DNA of 64,000 nt from Chitinophagales bacterium (GTDB lineage: Bacteria > Bacteroidota > Bacteroidia > Chitinophagales > JADJOU01): NCBI GenBank assembly GCA_016787225.1, contig JAEUUY010000021.1:100408-164407 (forward strand), given 5' to 3'. A program made the position numbers and the translations under genes. Shown piece by piece: positions 62,508-64,000 of this stretch. Positions within the stretch are counted from its first letter, which is position 1. The number at the start of each line of letters is the position of its first letter. Below the pieces are notes generated by a model. It was not told the origin of the DNA and ran no database searches. It saw nothing but the letters and a program-made list of their open reading frames with translations.

Positions 62508-63718
62508 TTACAAAAGCTGTCATTCTTGCAGGAGGCAAGGGCACCAGACTAGCATCCGTCGTGCAGGATAAGCCAAAGCCTATGGCGGATATCTCAGGCT
62601 TGCCTTTTCTTCATTATATGATTTTAGATTTGAAGAAAAAAGGCATTAATGAAGTAGTTTTGCTAGTAGGTCATTTAAGAGAAGTCATAATAAATCATTT
62701 CAAAGATTCTTATTACGGAGTAAGTATTCATTATGAGATAGAGTTAGAGCCTCGAGGTACGGGTGGTCTGATTTATGAATTAGCTAAGAAATGGAAAGAA
62801 TCTATTCTTTTGATTAATGGAGACACTTATTTTGATGTTGATATACAAGCATTGGTAAAATCATCAAAAGAAGGAGAAGTCGTTCTGGCTGTTAAGAAAA
62901 TTTCGAACTCGGATAGATATGGTGCATTAACCATAGTAGATGATAAAATTGTTGATTTTCAGGAAAAATCTTGGATTGACACTGGTTATATCAATGGAGG
63001 CATATATTTTTTACCTCAAGGTTGTTTCGATTTAATTGATTTACCTTTTTCATTTTCCTTAGAGAAAGATTTTTTTGAAGCTAATAAGGATCTTCTTCAT
63101 CTAAAGCCATTTTATAGTGATGGATATTTCATAGACATAGGTATTCCAGAAGATTATACGCTAGCTCAGACTTCGATACCCCGTCAATTTATTCCAAGAA
63201 TCGATAAATCCTGGACACTATTTCTTGACCGAGATGGTGTCCTCAATGAGCATAGACCAGAAGATTATGTGAAAAATGAGTCCGAGTTTGTATGGATAGA
63301 TGGCAGTAGAGAAGCAATTCGGGATTTATCTAAAATATTTGGACGAGTGCTGGTGGTCACAAATCAACAAGGAATAGGCAAAGGATTGATGAGTGAATAT
63401 GACTTGGAAAAAATTCACTGGAAAATGCAACATGAAGTTGAGGAAATAGGCGGAAAAATAGATCGTGTTTATCATTGTCCTCACTTAGCTCAGGTAAAAC
63501 CAAAATGCCGTAAACCTGAAACGGGAATGGGAGAGCAGGCTAAAGCTGATTTTCCTGAAATAGATTTCGATAAATCTATAATGATAGGCGACTCAGGTAC
63601 GGATATTGAATTTGGTAATCGACTAGGTATGATAACAATAAAAGTAGGAATGGATGACAAGTATAATGGAGAAATATTGAAAGTGAGGTCTTTAGGGGAT
63701 TTTATGAGACTAATTTAA
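62504..63718 (+). CDS. bifunctional sugar-1-phosphate nucleotidyltransferase (HddC-like) / D,D-heptose-1,7-bisphosphate phosphatase (GmhB-like, HAD-IIIA)
   Basis: The N-terminal half has AVILAGGKGTRL...KPM (NTP_transferase). The C-terminal half has LFLDRDGVLNE, VVTNQQGIGKG, CxxxxxxxCRKPETGM and MIGDSGTDIE. The start overlaps the gmhA stop (ATGA). Confidence 0.75.
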   Translation: MITKAVILAGGKGTRLASVVQDKPKPMADISGLPFLHYMILDLKKKGINEVVLLVGHLREVIINHFKDSYYGVSIHYEIELEPRGTGGLIYELAKKWKESILLINGDTYFDVDIQALVKSSKEGEVVLAVKKISNSDRYGALTIVDDKIVDFQEKSWIDTGYINGGIYFLPQGCFDLIDLPFSFSLEKDFFEANKDLLHLKPFYSDGYFIDIGIPEDYTLAQTSIPRQFIPRIDKSWTLFLDRDGVLNEHRPEDYVKNESEFVWIDGSREAIRDLSKIFGRVLVVTNQQGIGKGLMSEYDLEKIHWKMQHEVEEIGGKIDRVYHCPHLAQVKPKCRKPETGMGEQAKADFPEIDFDKSIMIGDSGTDIEFGNRLGMITIKVGMDDKYNGEILKVRSLGDFMRLI

Positions 63719-63914
63719 GGTAGTTTTAAAATATTTTTACTGTAAACTAGAATCAACCGCCTTGACTTTTTTTGAAATGCAGGAAACTATGCCATAACCA
63801 GAAGTTTCATAGGTTTTGAGTTTATATTAGCTATGTAATTGATGGTTTGTCTAGTTTCAAGGTCGATTCCATAATCAGCAATTAAAATAAATTTCTGTTT
63901 TTTTTAAAAATTAA

Positions 63915-63922
63915 TATATTTG
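63915..63922 (+). promoter_or_regulatory. -7 promoter box TATATTTG
   Basis: TAnnTTTG lies 21 nt upstream of ATG 63944. Confidence 0.4.
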
Positions 63923-63943
63923 CGAATAAATTTAATCAAACGA

Positions 63944-64000
63944 ATGAAAAATTTCTCTTATTTAGTTGTTTTATTATTGTCAATGACGTTAGCTGGTTGT
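63944..64000 (+). CDS. start of a lipoprotein gene (cut by the window end)
   Basis: MKNFSYLVVLLLSMTLAGC is a lipoprotein signal with an L-A-G-C lipobox. Only 19 codons are visible. Confidence 0.4.
   Translation, partial: MKNFSYLVVLLLSMTLAGC

Noticed and set aside
1-64000. A scan for CRISPR arrays, rRNA, tmRNA/RNase P-like RNAs, integrases, phage genes, toxin-antitoxin pairs and known multi-gene defence systems.
   Set aside because: I saw no regularly spaced direct repeats, no rRNA-like stretches, no integrase or recombinase other than the RayT-like HUH gene, and no recognisable TA or defence operon. The only candidates are the stand-alone helicase and the GIY-YIG locus, both reported above.

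Overview
This is a low-GC chromosomal segment (about 33-36% where I hand-counted) that looks like Bacteroidota. Three proteins end in T9SS C-terminal sorting domains, TAnnTTTG -7 promoter boxes sit upstream of most genes, and Shine-Dalgarno sequences are almost absent. About 55 genes are supportable and most are housekeeping: ychF, folP, dapF, prfC, mutS, carA, thiolase, acyl-CoA dehydrogenase, tatC, rpsU, ribE, rluB-type, gmhA, MoxR, and SurA/PpiD-type PPIases. No CRISPR array, rRNA, reverse transcriptase or obvious prophage is present.

The unusual content is mostly non-coding or small:
1. A tRNA-Val(TAC) locus at 37.1-37.7 kb. An intact tRNA, a terminator hairpin and a small GIY-YIG ORF sit between a 5' half and a 3' part of a second tRNA-Val-like sequence. 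Each remnant is interrupted by the same 60-bp palindromic mini-element. A 47-bp direct repeat flanks the GIY-YIG ORF.
2. A 126-bp two-hairpin repeat in two near-identical copies (9805 and 21584), with degraded relics at three more 3'-end or convergent intergenic sites.
3. A RayT/IS200-like HUH gene whose ORF contains three tandem 36-bp palindromic units.
4. Two tandem 917/918-aa BNR/Asp-box T9SS paralogs with mosaic identity, which suggests gene conversion over the last ~0.8 kb including the terminator.
5. A scattered DNA-damage-tolerance set: a GC-rich dinB, SRAP/yedK and a short DnaE2-type Pol III alpha.
6. A stand-alone 1051-aa DUF4011-like Upf1-type SF1 helicase, followed by a highly structured 426-bp spacer.

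Everything comes from reading the sequence and remembering family motifs. No searches or folding programs were run, and hand-counted coordinates of small elements may be off by 1-2 nt.
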